Shown one piece after another: positions 12,127-23,714 of a stretch of 64,000 nt of DNA. Below the pieces are notes generated by a model. It ran no database searches. It had not been told where the DNA came from and saw only the letters and a list, made by a program, of their open reading frames with translations. How positions within the stretch are numbered: the stretch's first letter is position 1; every line of letters starts with the position of its first letter. The translations under genes were made by a program, and so were the position numbers. Source of the stretch: Takakia lepidozioides (Eukaryota; Plantae; Bryophyta). The stretch is taken from the NCBI GenBank assembly GCA_030704615.1, contig CM060732.1, forward strand, positions 75,144,001-75,208,000, in the 5' to 3' direction.

Positions 12127-15100
12127 ACAAGCGATGTGGAAAATGCCGAAATGTAGAGACGGCTGTTGAATCGGCACCCCCACGGCAGCACTTCGAAGAG
12201 CTCTTTCAAGGGGACTCCTGCGGACGGACCCGCTAGTTCTTGCTTGGAATGAGCGCGTGTTCCGGTTCATTCAACACGGTACCCGGGGATGCTCGCTCAA
12301 CTGTATTCTCCTGTATTCTCCTCTGTACATTCAATCTTCACCAGAAGTGCTGCATTGGAAACCACGATACCAGTAAAGGTCGGATTCCAATTGTTGAATG
12401 TCAACGATTACTATCTTCCGCAATGTTACCAAGATGTGCAACATTTGTTTGCGAAGAGTACTGTTCCATGGGAGCTCTAATCTGTTCCTTTCTCTTCGGA
12501 ATAGGTCCACAGAGGAAGGATTCTTAGGGACCTTGTAAATTCGCCTCAATGTCTGGATGATTGGGAACTCGAAAGTTGCACTACTTAGCTTCTGAATACT
12601 TTGAAATTGTGATCTGTACATTGAGTTGTAAAGTAACTTTTCTGTCGCTTAAGCATTCGTCTTCATTGCTGCAGCCAACGCTGTGAGGAATAGAGACATT
12701 TGGTGTCCAGAAGCAGTCCAAGATCTAACTTCCAGGCATGTGGTTGGCTCAGTCTGTCTATGACACATTCATCAACACCTGAGCAGCTTTTCGGTGAATG
12801 ATTAAACTGTGCCATCCTTATCCTGACCTCTTTATGGTTCTGGTGTTGACTACGAATTCCTTAAATTCTCTTGGAACCTTTGGCCTTTCCAAGGGTTTCA
12901 GTAAGGTGCACAGTTTGTTTACCGGTGTTATAATCTTAAGTGGAAATGGTTTTGGGTTTGTATGATCATTTGTCGACTTATATCATGCAATTTCACATCC
13001 CTCTCTTCCTGCACAATGGAAACATTCTGACCCCTCTTGTCCCCTGTGGTTTGCAACGTGTGATGGATGTGTCCATCTTCCTGTCGAGAAACCTGATGTA
13101 TTTAGGTTGTCTGTGCCGATAGCTGTCCTGGACCGATCCTGGTTCTGATACAATCTCAGTGTCTGCTTTTGGCCTTCAAGCAGTGAGGGGCTTTGGAGAT
13201 GAATTCAGTGTGCACTTTATGGGGTGGTCGAGCTTACTCGCATTCACTCGAATTTCGTTCAAGATTCCTGGATGCTTGACCAGCAAATTAGAACCCGCAG
13301 TCCTACATATACTACCTATTGTGCTGCTCCAACCTTCTGCTGCCATGGTGGCATATGGATTTGCCTTTCATGCTGCCCAAAAATAGGTACTCCCCAAAAG
13401 GATTAGACACGGTGTTATCTTATCTCTTATCTGCCATATGAATCACATATGTACCCCAAACGCCCGAAAAATCAAATCAGCTAGAGGCGAGCCTACGCTT
13501 AAGCGGCTGTCCGAATAGAAGTGGCAGCGGGCATTGGGCCCACATGGCCATTGCATGCCCCTTCAAAGTGGCTATTGCATGTGGGGCGCACATGGCTATT
13601 GCATGCAACATCTAGCAAGCCGACTCAGCTCAACTAGCGTGGCTATTTGCATTGGGCCCACATGGAATCCATGCCAAGGAATGCTAGGGAAGGTTCTAGA
13701 ACGGAGGTGATTTTCGCAAGGTATAGCCCAAAGTGGGAGCTCAGACAAGGACCAGAGGGTGTAGGAGGATCGAGGGTTCGAGTAGGGTGGGTGATTTCAA
13801 GGTGCGGGAGGAGTGGGCCCAGGTCTACGTGCAGACTGCAGACAAGGAGATGGAAGGATTTTGGAGGACGGTGGTTTACTTGGGGCTGAAGGGTTGCTTG
13901 GTGTTGTGCTGATCCGCAAGACATGACTTGAGGGATGTATGTAAATAAGTGGCGTACCAGTTACTACTGATCCATGGGTGAGGTCTGTAGTCCCCTTGCT
14001 TATTACATGCGCTGTAAAGACTGTTGATGTAACGACGGACGAACGGACGAGGTTTTATGCCGACTTGTATTATTATTATGTCATGCTCTCCGTATTGAAG
14101 GCTAAATTTTCTGCTCGAAATAACATCTCCAACGCACTTGGTTGGCTGTATTCCATTGTGACCCGATACGCCTCTACACGGAATTTATATGACATCGAAA
14201 GAGAATATGGTTTTACGCTGACAAATAAACCCAAAGCCCGCAATGCGGCCAATTGCTCTTGCACAGGTGGCTATTGCCCTGAACTGATGAAGATTGAGTT
14301 TCCAGGGCTTGTCCATCTCTCGGATTGGAGGGGTGGAATCTGGTGTTGATGCTGAGTGTATGTTCTCTATTTGTGAAAGATTGATGGAGTGGACCTGTAG
14401 AGCAGGGGGAAATGTTCTTGTCTGTGGGATCATATGTGAGTACAAGATTGATTCAGTTTCTCTACAGTAGACCAGCACAGGCCCAGGTGGCATTACATGG
14501 ATAGCGGATTTGAAATTGTCACACCTTTCAGACATTGGCTAGGGTTTTGATGGAAAGATTGATACAGAGGACAGAACATTTCAGTTCTTCAAAAGAACAC
14601 CAGAGGTGGCATTTCATGGATGATAACTGATCTGAAATTGTTTCTAACCTTTCAGATTGGCTCAGGTAGGTCACTGGGAGAGACTAGGGGTTATGTTGCA
14701 TGTCAAGACATTGTGCATGGAGCTGCAAGCCTTTATGTCCAAGCATAACTTCACCTCCATGAGGACTTTGGTGGGTACTGGACTAACCTGTAATCTGGTA
14801 CTGTCCACTGTATTGTCCTTTCATTTGTGATGGACGCTGCGCCACATGATGGCCACATGACAGGCGCATTTCCCTTCATTGGCTTTCCTTTTCTATGCTT
14901 AAACTGGATGTCTTAAGACAACTGCTAAGGGCAGGGTTGTGATAAGAGGAGAAAATGAACAGTATGCTCATTTACTTGTTTGCAGTGTGCAATGGAGCTC
15001 TATTCGAAATTCATGAAGTGGTGCAGTATGTAATTAGGCAAAGTGGCTGGCAGCCAGTTTACCAAGCTCTACTTACTTGCTAACCTGATGAGCATTCAAT

Positions 15101-15958
15101 GACCCAGAAACCCAAAGTATAAGTATGTCTCAACTCGTCAGGATCGGCTGTTGAACAACCACGATATATGAAAATGGTGGGGCATAGTTCTTAGTGATTC
15201 TATGTGTACTAGCTAACAAGAAGTCGAAGAACGGATGAGGTAGATGGAGGTCGAGAAGGCTCCTATCAGGTACTTTTGAATGTAACTCTTGAGTGCCTTT
15301 ACTGTGGAAAGTATTTATGAACTAAATAGCTTTCTCATAAAAGTTGGCTGATTGCCAAAAAAGCAGACATTAGCCCAAGCCAACGAACGGCTGAGATTGA
15401 TATTAGAGCGTGGTTGATCCAGATCAACTATTATGAAATGTGGCGGGTTTGCCTCACAAGAGTGTTGTAGTAAAATCATGTACAGACCTTCTGCAAAGTA
15501 TTGCACAGGAGCAGATCACAAATTAATTCCATGTCACTCTGCTTCTCCCATCCTATTAGGTATCGACTAGCTGGAGATTAGGGGATTACTAGAGAGTAAA
15601 TGGGATCTCGAGAGAGGGGGAGAATCCTCGAAGCTCCTACGAAGTAATTATGACAAGCCAATGCCCAAAAAATAACAATAAGAGTCAGTAGAGAGATCCT
15701 GTAGATACAAAAGAATGATCAATCAAACAGATCAGGCCATTGAATGTCAAAGTACGAGGGGTTCCCACTGTGGGGTTGCATATACATGTAGCCTGACAAA
15801 AATACTTGTAAGCTTTAAAATTATTTACATGAATTGATTCTAAAACATGTCTTCAAAGATCTGCACTGTACTTTGCTTGTAATCCTGAGCAAATGAAGCA
15901 ACACCATATCCTCAAGATGGATCTGTACAGATCTTGCAGGTTATGTGATCCGTTGTCA

Positions 15959-17270
15959 CTAGAAGCTGCGGCCGTAGATGAGATTGAGCCTCTCGTAGAC
16001 GGATTGAGTTTCTCTGGAAGAAGAAGCTTGTGTCGACTTAGTGACAGGATGGGTAGTTATACCGCAGTGACTTTTGGGTATTGCAACTTGTATGCCTGCA
16101 TCATCTTGCATGCCCCTGCGTTTCTTCCGCAACGTTCCTCCCAACGTGAAGGTGAAATTAGGGCAAACTCCACTTCGACAAACGCAGCGAGGTTGACCCT
16201 TGGATTTGTTGTTCCAGTAAAGGAACCGGATCTTATCAGACAAACATTGGGGACACCTGTGGTCACCTGGGTAGTCTGCAAAAGCAATCTGGTTGGCTCC
16301 AGGATCTCTCTTTCTTTTTTTCGTTTCTTGATAAGAATTGGCCATATGCATCACGTTGGGATCCAATTCATGAAAAGTTCCGTCCGTGACCAATTGAAAA
16401 TTATCCATAAAATCTGTCTCGAAAAACTGGTCGTCATCGACCTCTGAGTGACCATTGGGAGCCAGAAATTTAATTTCTTGATCAGGATGGGCCATTACGT
16501 TGCACTCCAATTCTTGCAAAAGAGCTTCCGGTCGTTCAGGGGCTTGAGAGCAATTGGATTCTTTGTTTTGCCCCAACTCCAACTCCGATTCCGATGGATG
16601 CAGAAATACATCGAATTGTTCGAGGAGTCCATCTTCGTCCACCAACGGCAATTTATCCAGAAAGTCTGTCTCCAAAAACTGGTCGTCATCGACCTCTGAG
16701 TGACCATTGAGAGCTAGAAATTTTATTTCTTGATCAGGATGGGCCATTACGTTGCACTCCAATTCTTGCAAAAGAGCTTCCGGTCGTTCAGAGGCTTGAG
16801 AGCAATTGGATTCTTTGTTTTGCCCCACCTCCAACTCCGATTCCCATGGATGCAAGACATCGAATTGTTCCAGGAGTCCATCTTCGTCCACCAATGGCAA
16901 TTTATCCATAAAGTCTGTCTCCAAAAACTGGTCGTCATCGACCTCTGAGTGACCATTGAGAGCTAGAAATTTAATTTCTTCATCAGTATGGGCCATTACG
17001 TTGCACTCCAATCCTTGCAAAAGAACTTCCGGTCGTTCAGGGGCTTGAGAGCAATTGGATTCTTTGTTTTGCCCCAACTCCAACTCCGATTCCGATGGAT
17101 CCAGAAATACATCGAATTGTTCCAGAAGTCCATCTTCGTCCACCAAATCCCAAATCTGTCTCCAAAAGCTGGTCGTCACTAACCTCTGATTGAAAGATAT
17201 TAAAAGCCAGATTGTTCATTTCTTGATCAGGCTTAGCCATCACGATGCGCTCCAATTCCTGCAGAAGAGC
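15959..17270 (-). CDS. Atypical Dof zinc-finger protein with ~83-aa acidic tandem repeats (5' frameshift; may start at ATG 16996 or be a pseudogene)
   Basis: CPQCLSDKIRFLYWNNKSKGQPRCVCRSGVCPNFTFTLGGTLRK resembles the Dof consensus CPRC.S..TKFCYYNNY...QPR..C..C.RYWT.GG.LR. Basic clusters KKRKR and RKKRR flank it. Confidence 0.7.
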
Positions 17271-17285
17271 TGCTTCCGATCGTTC
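16400..17285. repeat. Coding tandem repeat, ~3.5 units (periods 252, 249, 241 bp)
   Basis: Anchor TCGTCATCGA at 16431, 16683, 16932 and a degenerate copy at 17173. Confidence 0.95.
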
Positions 17286-17489
17286 AGAAACTAGCCGAAA
17301 CTCGACAAGCTATGCAAATAAGCACGTCTAGATATGAAGAATTCTGAATGTTGCTGTAGCTAGCGTGCAGTGAGGCAAGCACCAGCGTACCACGCCCACT
17401 TCCCTGGACCATGAACTGACTCTCGCTCTCTCGCACACGTCTTCACAGCCCATGCACGCAGGGCACACTGTGGGCTCCAAGCTTCTCGG

Positions 17490-18245
17490 AGGGGGTTTAT
17501 CCTCTCTGGAGGCTGCTTCCTAGAAACTTCAAGGGAGATGGATGGATCATTCATTCATGGATGAATTATTGGCCCTGCCTTTTTTGGCCCTGCCTTACTA
17601 AGGGAGATGGATGGATCATTCATCCACTTGGATGAGTGAATGAAACAGTGTAAAGAACAGAATACCCCCTGTGATATACGTATGTACTATAGACGCCATA
17701 CCCGGCTGTAGGGATTCGGGAATGGCTCGCTACTTTCCTGCATTCTCATTGGTTGTCCACTCTCGAGTTACTTCCCGTTACCATCTACCTCGGTCCGTAG
17801 AAACTCCTCTTCATGGACAGATTATTCATAACCAGCTCTGTACATGGACAGAAATCATCCATAACCAACTCTGTACATGGATAGAGATCATCCATAACCA
17901 CCTTTGTACATGGATCCATTCATCCACATTAATCCAGATAGAATATCCATGTTTCATTCAGATTTCATCAACATTCCCAGATATCACAAATATTCATTCT
18001 TTGATAAACGGAAGAGTGCTTTTTAAATCGTTGTACATGGTGTACAATTTCTTTTTTCTTTTTTTCTTTTTTTCTTTTTTTCACAAATGTCACATTGGAA
18101 GATCAGTGCCTCACCGAGGGGGTTTATCCTCACTGGAGGTTGCTTCCTAGAAACTTCCACGGAGATGGAATGATCATTCATCCACTTGGATGAAACACGT
18201 GTAAAGAACAGAATACCCCCTGTGATATACGTATATACGCCATTA
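17490..18245. repeat. Direct repeat (~17490-17700 and ~18117-18245) enclosing a 33-bp x3 tandem (~17812-17915)
   Basis: GGGGGTTTATCCTC.CTGGAGG.TGCTTCCTAGAAACTTC...GTGTAAAGAACAGAATACCCCCTGTGATATACGTAT occurs twice; CATGGAcAGAnATcATcCATAACCAnCTcTGTA occurs three times. Confidence 0.85.
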
Positions 18246-18358
18246 GACATAGCAGAAGATTGAACCCCACCCCCACCGGTCGACTCGCTGCAAAGGAAAC
18301 GCATGCGCTGAGAGAGACGACGGCTGCGGAGGTGAGGAGAGCGGCAGGCCCGTCGGCA

Positions 18359-20040
18359 ATGCGCAGACGACGGAGTGGGGTGCATAGGGTGGCTATGGCG
18401 TCTTCAGGGATTCCTTTCAAATTAGGTACTCGCTCCAAACACTTGACGCTTTCCTTTTCTGGGGTCGCTGCGTTCTGTTGTATGTATTCGCAGTCGGGAA
18501 TTGGCTTTTTTTTGGTCCAATTCAGCAGAAACGAGTGTACTATTGGCAAAGAGACAAGAAAGCGCACGAGATTGTTCGACAAGGCCGATAATTGGTATGT
18601 CTGGTGCGTAGGTCAACGCTGGAATATGGAGCAGCGCTGGCAGGAGTTCTTTAAAGATTCTTCACAATGGTGGGACGGTTGCCTGGACAAGGTGAGCTTT
18701 CTTCATGTAGGATGAGAAAGGGAGTTTGACGAAAGACTGGTATGATCGTGTTGCGTGGACTGGATTATACCCCGTTGTTGAGTGAAGTCTGAATCTCGCT
18801 TTGTTCTGGAAAAACTGCTTTTACCCTCCGTAAGTAGGATGCGCAAAGTTCTTTTCCCTGGACTTTGCAAGGTACTTGGGAGGGTTGAGACTGTGGCTGC
18901 TCAGCTGCTCCCTGGTGGTTTTCACAGACCACTCCAAAATCTCCAGACTACAGACATAAGCTGGTTTAGCATCTGTGTAAGTTTGGGCATGTCCCGATGG
19001 AGCCCAAAGTGACTTGCATGAATGTTGCTGAAAGAGCGCTAGCACTCCTCCAGAAGGGAATTTATCAAAATGTTGATGCTGTCGAATTTTCGGGCACAAG
19101 AATTCGGGCACAAAGGTCTACGAGCAGAGCTGGCACAAGTTTGTTAAAGATCCTTCTCAATGGTGGGACAAATGCAACTGCAAGGTGTGGCTTTCTTAAT
19201 GTACGATGTGAAGAAGTTAGTCCATCTTTCAATAGTGGGCTATTCCTGTTAATGTCATGGTTTGGTATATTTCCTGGTGTTTACAAGGCCCTTGGGAGGG
19301 TCAGCTTGGTCTTAGGAGACCAAGTTTAAATCTACGGCCAATCAGCTGCACTGTGGTGGTTCTCCTCACAGACCAGTCCGAGCTCACCTGACTACAGACA
19401 CAAGCAGCACACACAAGAGGCCCTTTTGGGGTGATCATCGGTTGTATCCTCCATGGTTGAAAGAAAAGCTAGATGCCATGACACAAGGTCAAGGACAAAG
19501 TGGTGAGGGCACCTTCTTCTTCAACACATTTCATCCTATTTTGCCCTCTTATGAAAGTTATCCCTAATTTTTCATGGTCTTTTATGCAAGTTAGCTCGTT
19601 GGGTGGATCTATGGTGGTTTGGATTGATTTTGACATGTTCCTGCCAATGTGACAACAGGAAAGCATGCAAAAACAAACAGAGAGGAGCAGAAGCTTTGGA
19701 AGGAATATTTTCTGACTCCAATCAATGGTGGGACAATCGAGGCGATAAGGTGAATGCCTGTTAGATTACAGAGAGAAGCATACACAATTCAGCATAGGAC
19801 GTAGTGTGTGAGGAGTAGGGTTGGGGTTTTTGCTAGAAAAAGTCTAGGCTGTCCTTGTCAGCCGCCAGCAGTGAGGCGAGGATGCATGCATGATTTGTGC
19901 AGAGGCACGGGTAGCTGAAGGAGCAGGGATAGAGTGTGGGTCCAGATTCATCCAAGAGGGCGGGATTTCAAGCACAAGATTACCTATGATTCCCTGTGGG
20001 TCAATACCTACAAGAAACCTGCATGGGTAGATGGTCAACT
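18359..20040 (+). other. 5' exons encoding an Arg/Ser-rich leader and three OSB-type PDF motifs (middle exons decayed)
   Basis: GT-AG bounded exons 18359-18425, 18612-18691 (WQEFFKDSSQWWDGCLDK), 18928-19184 (TTPKSPDYRHK...WHKFVKDPSQWWDKCNCK), 19372-19502 (TSPSSPDYRHK..EAL/W..PPWL), 19659-19749 (LWKEYF/SDSNQWWDNRGDK) and 19946 onward (IHPRGRDFKHKITYDSLWVNTYKKPAWV). Confidence 0.8.
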
Positions 20041-22573
20041 GGAAGCAGCAGCAGCAGGGGCACAGTTGATAAAATCAGGCACCTTGACCATGACCACAGC
20101 CACAGCTTGCGAAAGAGGGCCAACAGAGGTTGTCCACAGTGCCTCTTCTGGTACTTCTGGGCATGTGAGGATGCTATGTGAGGCAGGGCAACTGAAAGAG
20201 GCTCTTCAGACTCTAAACCAAGGAGGAATTACAGCAGATTCAGATACTTATGTCCGTCTCTTGCATAAGTGCATCAAGATGAAAGGCCTGGAAGCTGGAA
20301 AGCAGGTGCATGCTCACATTATCCAAAGTGGATTCAAGCCAAACATTTTCCTACACAACACCCTTCTCAACATGTATGTTAAGTGCGGGAGCATCCTGGA
20401 TGCTCACCAAGTGTTCAACAGGATGCCTCAACGATGTTTGATCACGTGGAATATAATGATGTCAGGATTTACCAAGCATGGGTGTGATAGGAATGCTTTG
20501 GAAACCTATGAGCAAATGATGCGGGAAGGGGTGAAGCCCAACCACATCACATTTGTTTGCGCTTCCAATGCGTGTGCAAGCCTGGCAGCCCTGGAAAAGG
20601 GGAAAGAGGTCCATGGTGACATCATCAAAGCTGGAATTGTACCAAATCTCATTCTGAACAATACCCTGGTGGACATGTATGCCAAATGTGGGTGCATTGA
20701 GGATGCAAAGGGGGTGTTCGAGAATATGGCTCAACGAAATGTGGTGTCGTGGAGCGCGATGATTGCAGGATATGCACAGCAGGGGCGCGGGATGGAGGCT
20801 TTGGAGACCTATGAGCAAATGGTGCGGGAAGGGGTGAAGCCCAACCACATCACGTTTGTTTGCGTTTGCAATGCATGTGCAAGCCTGGCAGCTCTGGAAA
20901 AGGGCAAAGAGGTCCATGGCGACATCATCAAAGCTGGAATTGTACCACATGTCAATCTGAACAATACCCTGGTGGACATGTATGCCAAATGTGGGTGCAT
21001 CAAGGACGCAAAGGGAGTGTTCGACAATATGGCTGAACGAGATGTGGTGTCGTGGAATACGATGATCGCGGGATATGCACATCAGGGGTGCGGGGTGGAG
21101 GCTTTGGAGACCTATGAGCAAATGATGCGGGAAGGGTTGAAGCCCAACCACATCACGTTTGTTTGTGTTTGCAATGCGTGTGCGAGCCTGGCAGCCCTGG
21201 AAAAGGGCAAAGTGGTCCATGGCGACATCCTCAAAGCTGGAATTGTACCACATATCATTCTGAACAATAGCCTGGTGGACATGTATGCCAAATGTGGGTG
21301 CATCGAGGATGCAAGGGGAGTGTTTGACAATATGGCTGCACGAAATGTGGTGTCGTGGACCACGTTGATCGCAGGATATGCACAGCAGGGGCGCGGGATG
21401 GAGGCTTTGGAGACCTATGAGCAAATGGTGCGGGAAGGGGTGAAGCCCAACTACGTCACGTTTGTTTGCGTTTGCAATGCGTGTGCGAGCCTGGCAGCCC
21501 TGGAAAAGGGCAAAGAGGTCCATGGTGACATCGTCAAAGCTGGAATCGTACCACATGTCATTCTGAACAATACCCTGGTGGACATGTATGCCAAATGTGG
21601 GTGCATCGAGGATGCAAAGGGAGTGTTCGACAATATGGCTGAACGGGATGTGGTATCATGGAGCGCAATGATTGCAGGATATGCCCAGCATGGTTGTCAT
21701 AGGGAGGTCCTGAAACTATTTGAGGGAATGCAAAAGGAAGGCTTAAAACCGGACAGTATAACATTCATCTGTGTTCTCTCCGTATGCAGCCATGTTGGCT
21801 TACTGTGTGAAGGAAGACGTTACTTCGATTCCCTGAGTCAAGATCATGGTGTCACTCCAACAGTAAAGCACTTTGGCTGCATGGTGGACCTTCTTGGACG
21901 TGCGGGGCAATTGGATGAGGCAGAGGAGCTTATCAATAAAATGCCAATGAAACCAGATGCTGTGGTGTGGAAGGCCTTGCTTGGTGCCTGCCGAATCCAT
22001 GGCAATGTGGAGATGGCTGAACGTGCGGCAACATCTATCCTCAAGTGGGATGAACAGGATGCTGCGACTTACGTTTTGCTATCAAACATCTATGCCACAG
22101 CTGGCAGGTGGGATGATAGTGCAAAGGTGAGAAAAATGATGGAGGTCAGAGGGGTTAGAAAGGAGCCAGGTCGCTGCTGCATTGAGGTTGGCAACAGGGT
22201 GCACACCTTTGTTGTAGATGACAAATTGCATCCCAAAATTAAGGAAATCCATGCTGAACTGAGAAGATTGTCTGGTCAGATGAAGGAGGCAGGGTATGTG
22301 CCTGACATGCGCTTTGTATTGCATGATGTGGGGGAGGAAGAAAAGGAATTTTCTCTTTGCCACCACAGTGAGAAGCTGGCCATTGCTTTTGGGCTGATCA
22401 GCACGGTCCCTAGGACGCCTCTCCGTCTCATCAAGAATCTTCGTGTGTGTGGTGACTGCCACACCTCTACCAAGTTCATCTCAAAGATCGTTGGCCGAGC
22501 AATTGTCGTACGGGACGCCAACCGCTTTCACCACTTTGAAGATGGGGTTTGTTCTTGTGAGGATTACTGGTGA
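19946..22573 (+). CDS. PLS-class PPR protein with E1/E2/DYW domain (organellar C-to-U RNA editing factor), large terminal exon
   Basis: LS-(PLS)x4-P2L2S2 = 17 PPR motifs, PG box (PGRCCIEV), intact Zn/catalytic motifs HSEKLA and CGDCH, terminal EDYW. First in-exon ATG at 20090. Confidence 0.95.
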   Translation: MHPRGRDFKHKITYDSLWVNTYKKPAWVDGQLEAAAAGAQLIKSGTLTMTTATACERGPTEVVHSASSGTSGHVRMLCEAGQLKEALQTLNQGGITADSDTYVRLLHKCIKMKGLEAGKQVHAHIIQSGFKPNIFLHNTLLNMYVKCGSILDAHQVFNRMPQRCLITWNIMMSGFTKHGCDRNALETYEQMMREGVKPNHITFVCASNACASLAALEKGKEVHGDIIKAGIVPNLILNNTLVDMYAKCGCIEDAKGVFENMAQRNVVSWSAMIAGYAQQGRGMEALETYEQMVREGVKPNHITFVCVCNACASLAALEKGKEVHGDIIKAGIVPHVNLNNTLVDMYAKCGCIKDAKGVFDNMAERDVVSWNTMIAGYAHQGCGVEALETYEQMMREGLKPNHITFVCVCNACASLAALEKGKVVHGDILKAGIVPHIILNNSLVDMYAKCGCIEDARGVFDNMAARNVVSWTTLIAGYAQQGRGMEALETYEQMVREGVKPNYVTFVCVCNACASLAALEKGKEVHGDIVKAGIVPHVILNNTLVDMYAKCGCIEDAKGVFDNMAERDVVSWSAMIAGYAQHGCHREVLKLFEGMQKEGLKPDSITFICVLSVCSHVGLLCEGRRYFDSLSQDHGVTPTVKHFGCMVDLLGRAGQLDEAEELINKMPMKPDAVVWKALLGACRIHGNVEMAERAATSILKWDEQDAATYVLLSNIYATAGRWDDSAKVRKMMEVRGVRKEPGRCCIEVGNRVHTFVVDDKLHPKIKEIHAELRRLSGQMKEAGYVPDMRFVLHDVGEEEKEFSLCHHSEKLAIAFGLISTVPRTPLRLIKNLRVCGDCHTSTKFISKIVGRAIVVRDANRFHHFEDGVCSCEDYW
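20487..21685 (+). repeat. About four near-identical 303-bp (101-aa) PLS triplet repeats
   Basis: GCTTTGGAGACCTATGAGCAAATG.TGCGGGAAGGG recurs every 303 bp. Confidence 0.95.
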
Positions 22574-23714
22574 AACGATGTTTCTCTGGAAATGTGCGAG
22601 TGTCTTACTTCATTCAGTGATCTATGTAGCTACTACTCAGTCATCCAGCATTTCCTGAGAATATTGACGATGATGTGCTGTTGAGGCCATTTCCTGTGGC
22701 TTGTCGTCAGGAAATGAAAGTGGGGTCCCCCAGCATAGGTGGGAAGGCAGCCCATAATTGCACTTAACTGGAGCAGGTAATGAATGAGTGAAGGGGGGGG
22801 TTTGACTGGTGATAGTGGAAGGAAAGAATGCTGTCCTAATTCTGGTGTGGGTGGTGGCGCTGAGCTTCTCCAAAGCTTGGAGATGGAAGGGATTATGACT
22901 GGTTATGAGCTTGGTTAGTGGGGCAGCCCTGTGCACAAGTTTGTTCAGCATCTTGAATTTGGACGTGTTTGTGTCTCTTGTGGTGGTGCTGCAGATGGGG
23001 GTAGCTAACTTGCATGATGTTGTCGAAAGCTAGCGTTAACCCACCAAGATCCAATCCCATGGTGGCCACTTGAAAGTTCACAGAGTGATTGTAATGCCCT
23101 TCGGGTATTCTGTCATTGATTGATGCAGCACGAATTGGATTTACATGACTCCCTCACACTATAATCTTGGTTTGTGGATGTTGGGGATCACCTAGTCCAC
23201 CCACTTGAAAACACAATTGTCTATACAGTTCAAGACCAGATTTGGGAGCATGTATGAAACAATTGTACAGTAAACAGCTGTGCGTAGTTTCATACAACAC
23301 TGCTAGTGTCCCGGGGAACAGGTGCCAATTGCTAGCTTGTCTCCCAGTGTTCTCAAAAACTACTTGAGCTGCCGATTTCAAACAAGCAGAAAGCTCTCCT
23401 TAATATCCACTTTAAGAAAAGTGAACTTTTTTTCCTCGATCTCTTGCTGCCAGTAAACATCAAAGTTCTTGAATTTGTGGACAAAAACTGAATGCGAAGC
23501 TCTTGTTCCAAATGTTGGTTGAATCAACATCGATAAGATTACAAAAACTAAGGGATACATGACCAACGAGATGAAGATATGTTTGGCTTACTGATCCTTT
23601 GGCTCTAGGACACTGTCATCAGAAGAAACTTTGCTGGTAGTTTAGGGAGGACCAAAAAGGGAGGGCCCCTAGAATGGACGGAACGAACATGAACGATACC
23701 TTCCTCTCGCAGAC

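Noticed and set aside
13978-14349. 123-aa ORF
   Set aside because: Non-ATG start, no recognisable family and no supporting gene structure.
20462-21556. 364-aa minus-strand repeat ORF
   Set aside because: Antisense shadow of the PPR triplet repeats.
22160-22573. U-to-C (DYW:KP/GRP-type) editing factor
   Set aside because: Canonical PG box, HSEKLA and terminal DYW indicate the standard C-to-U class.
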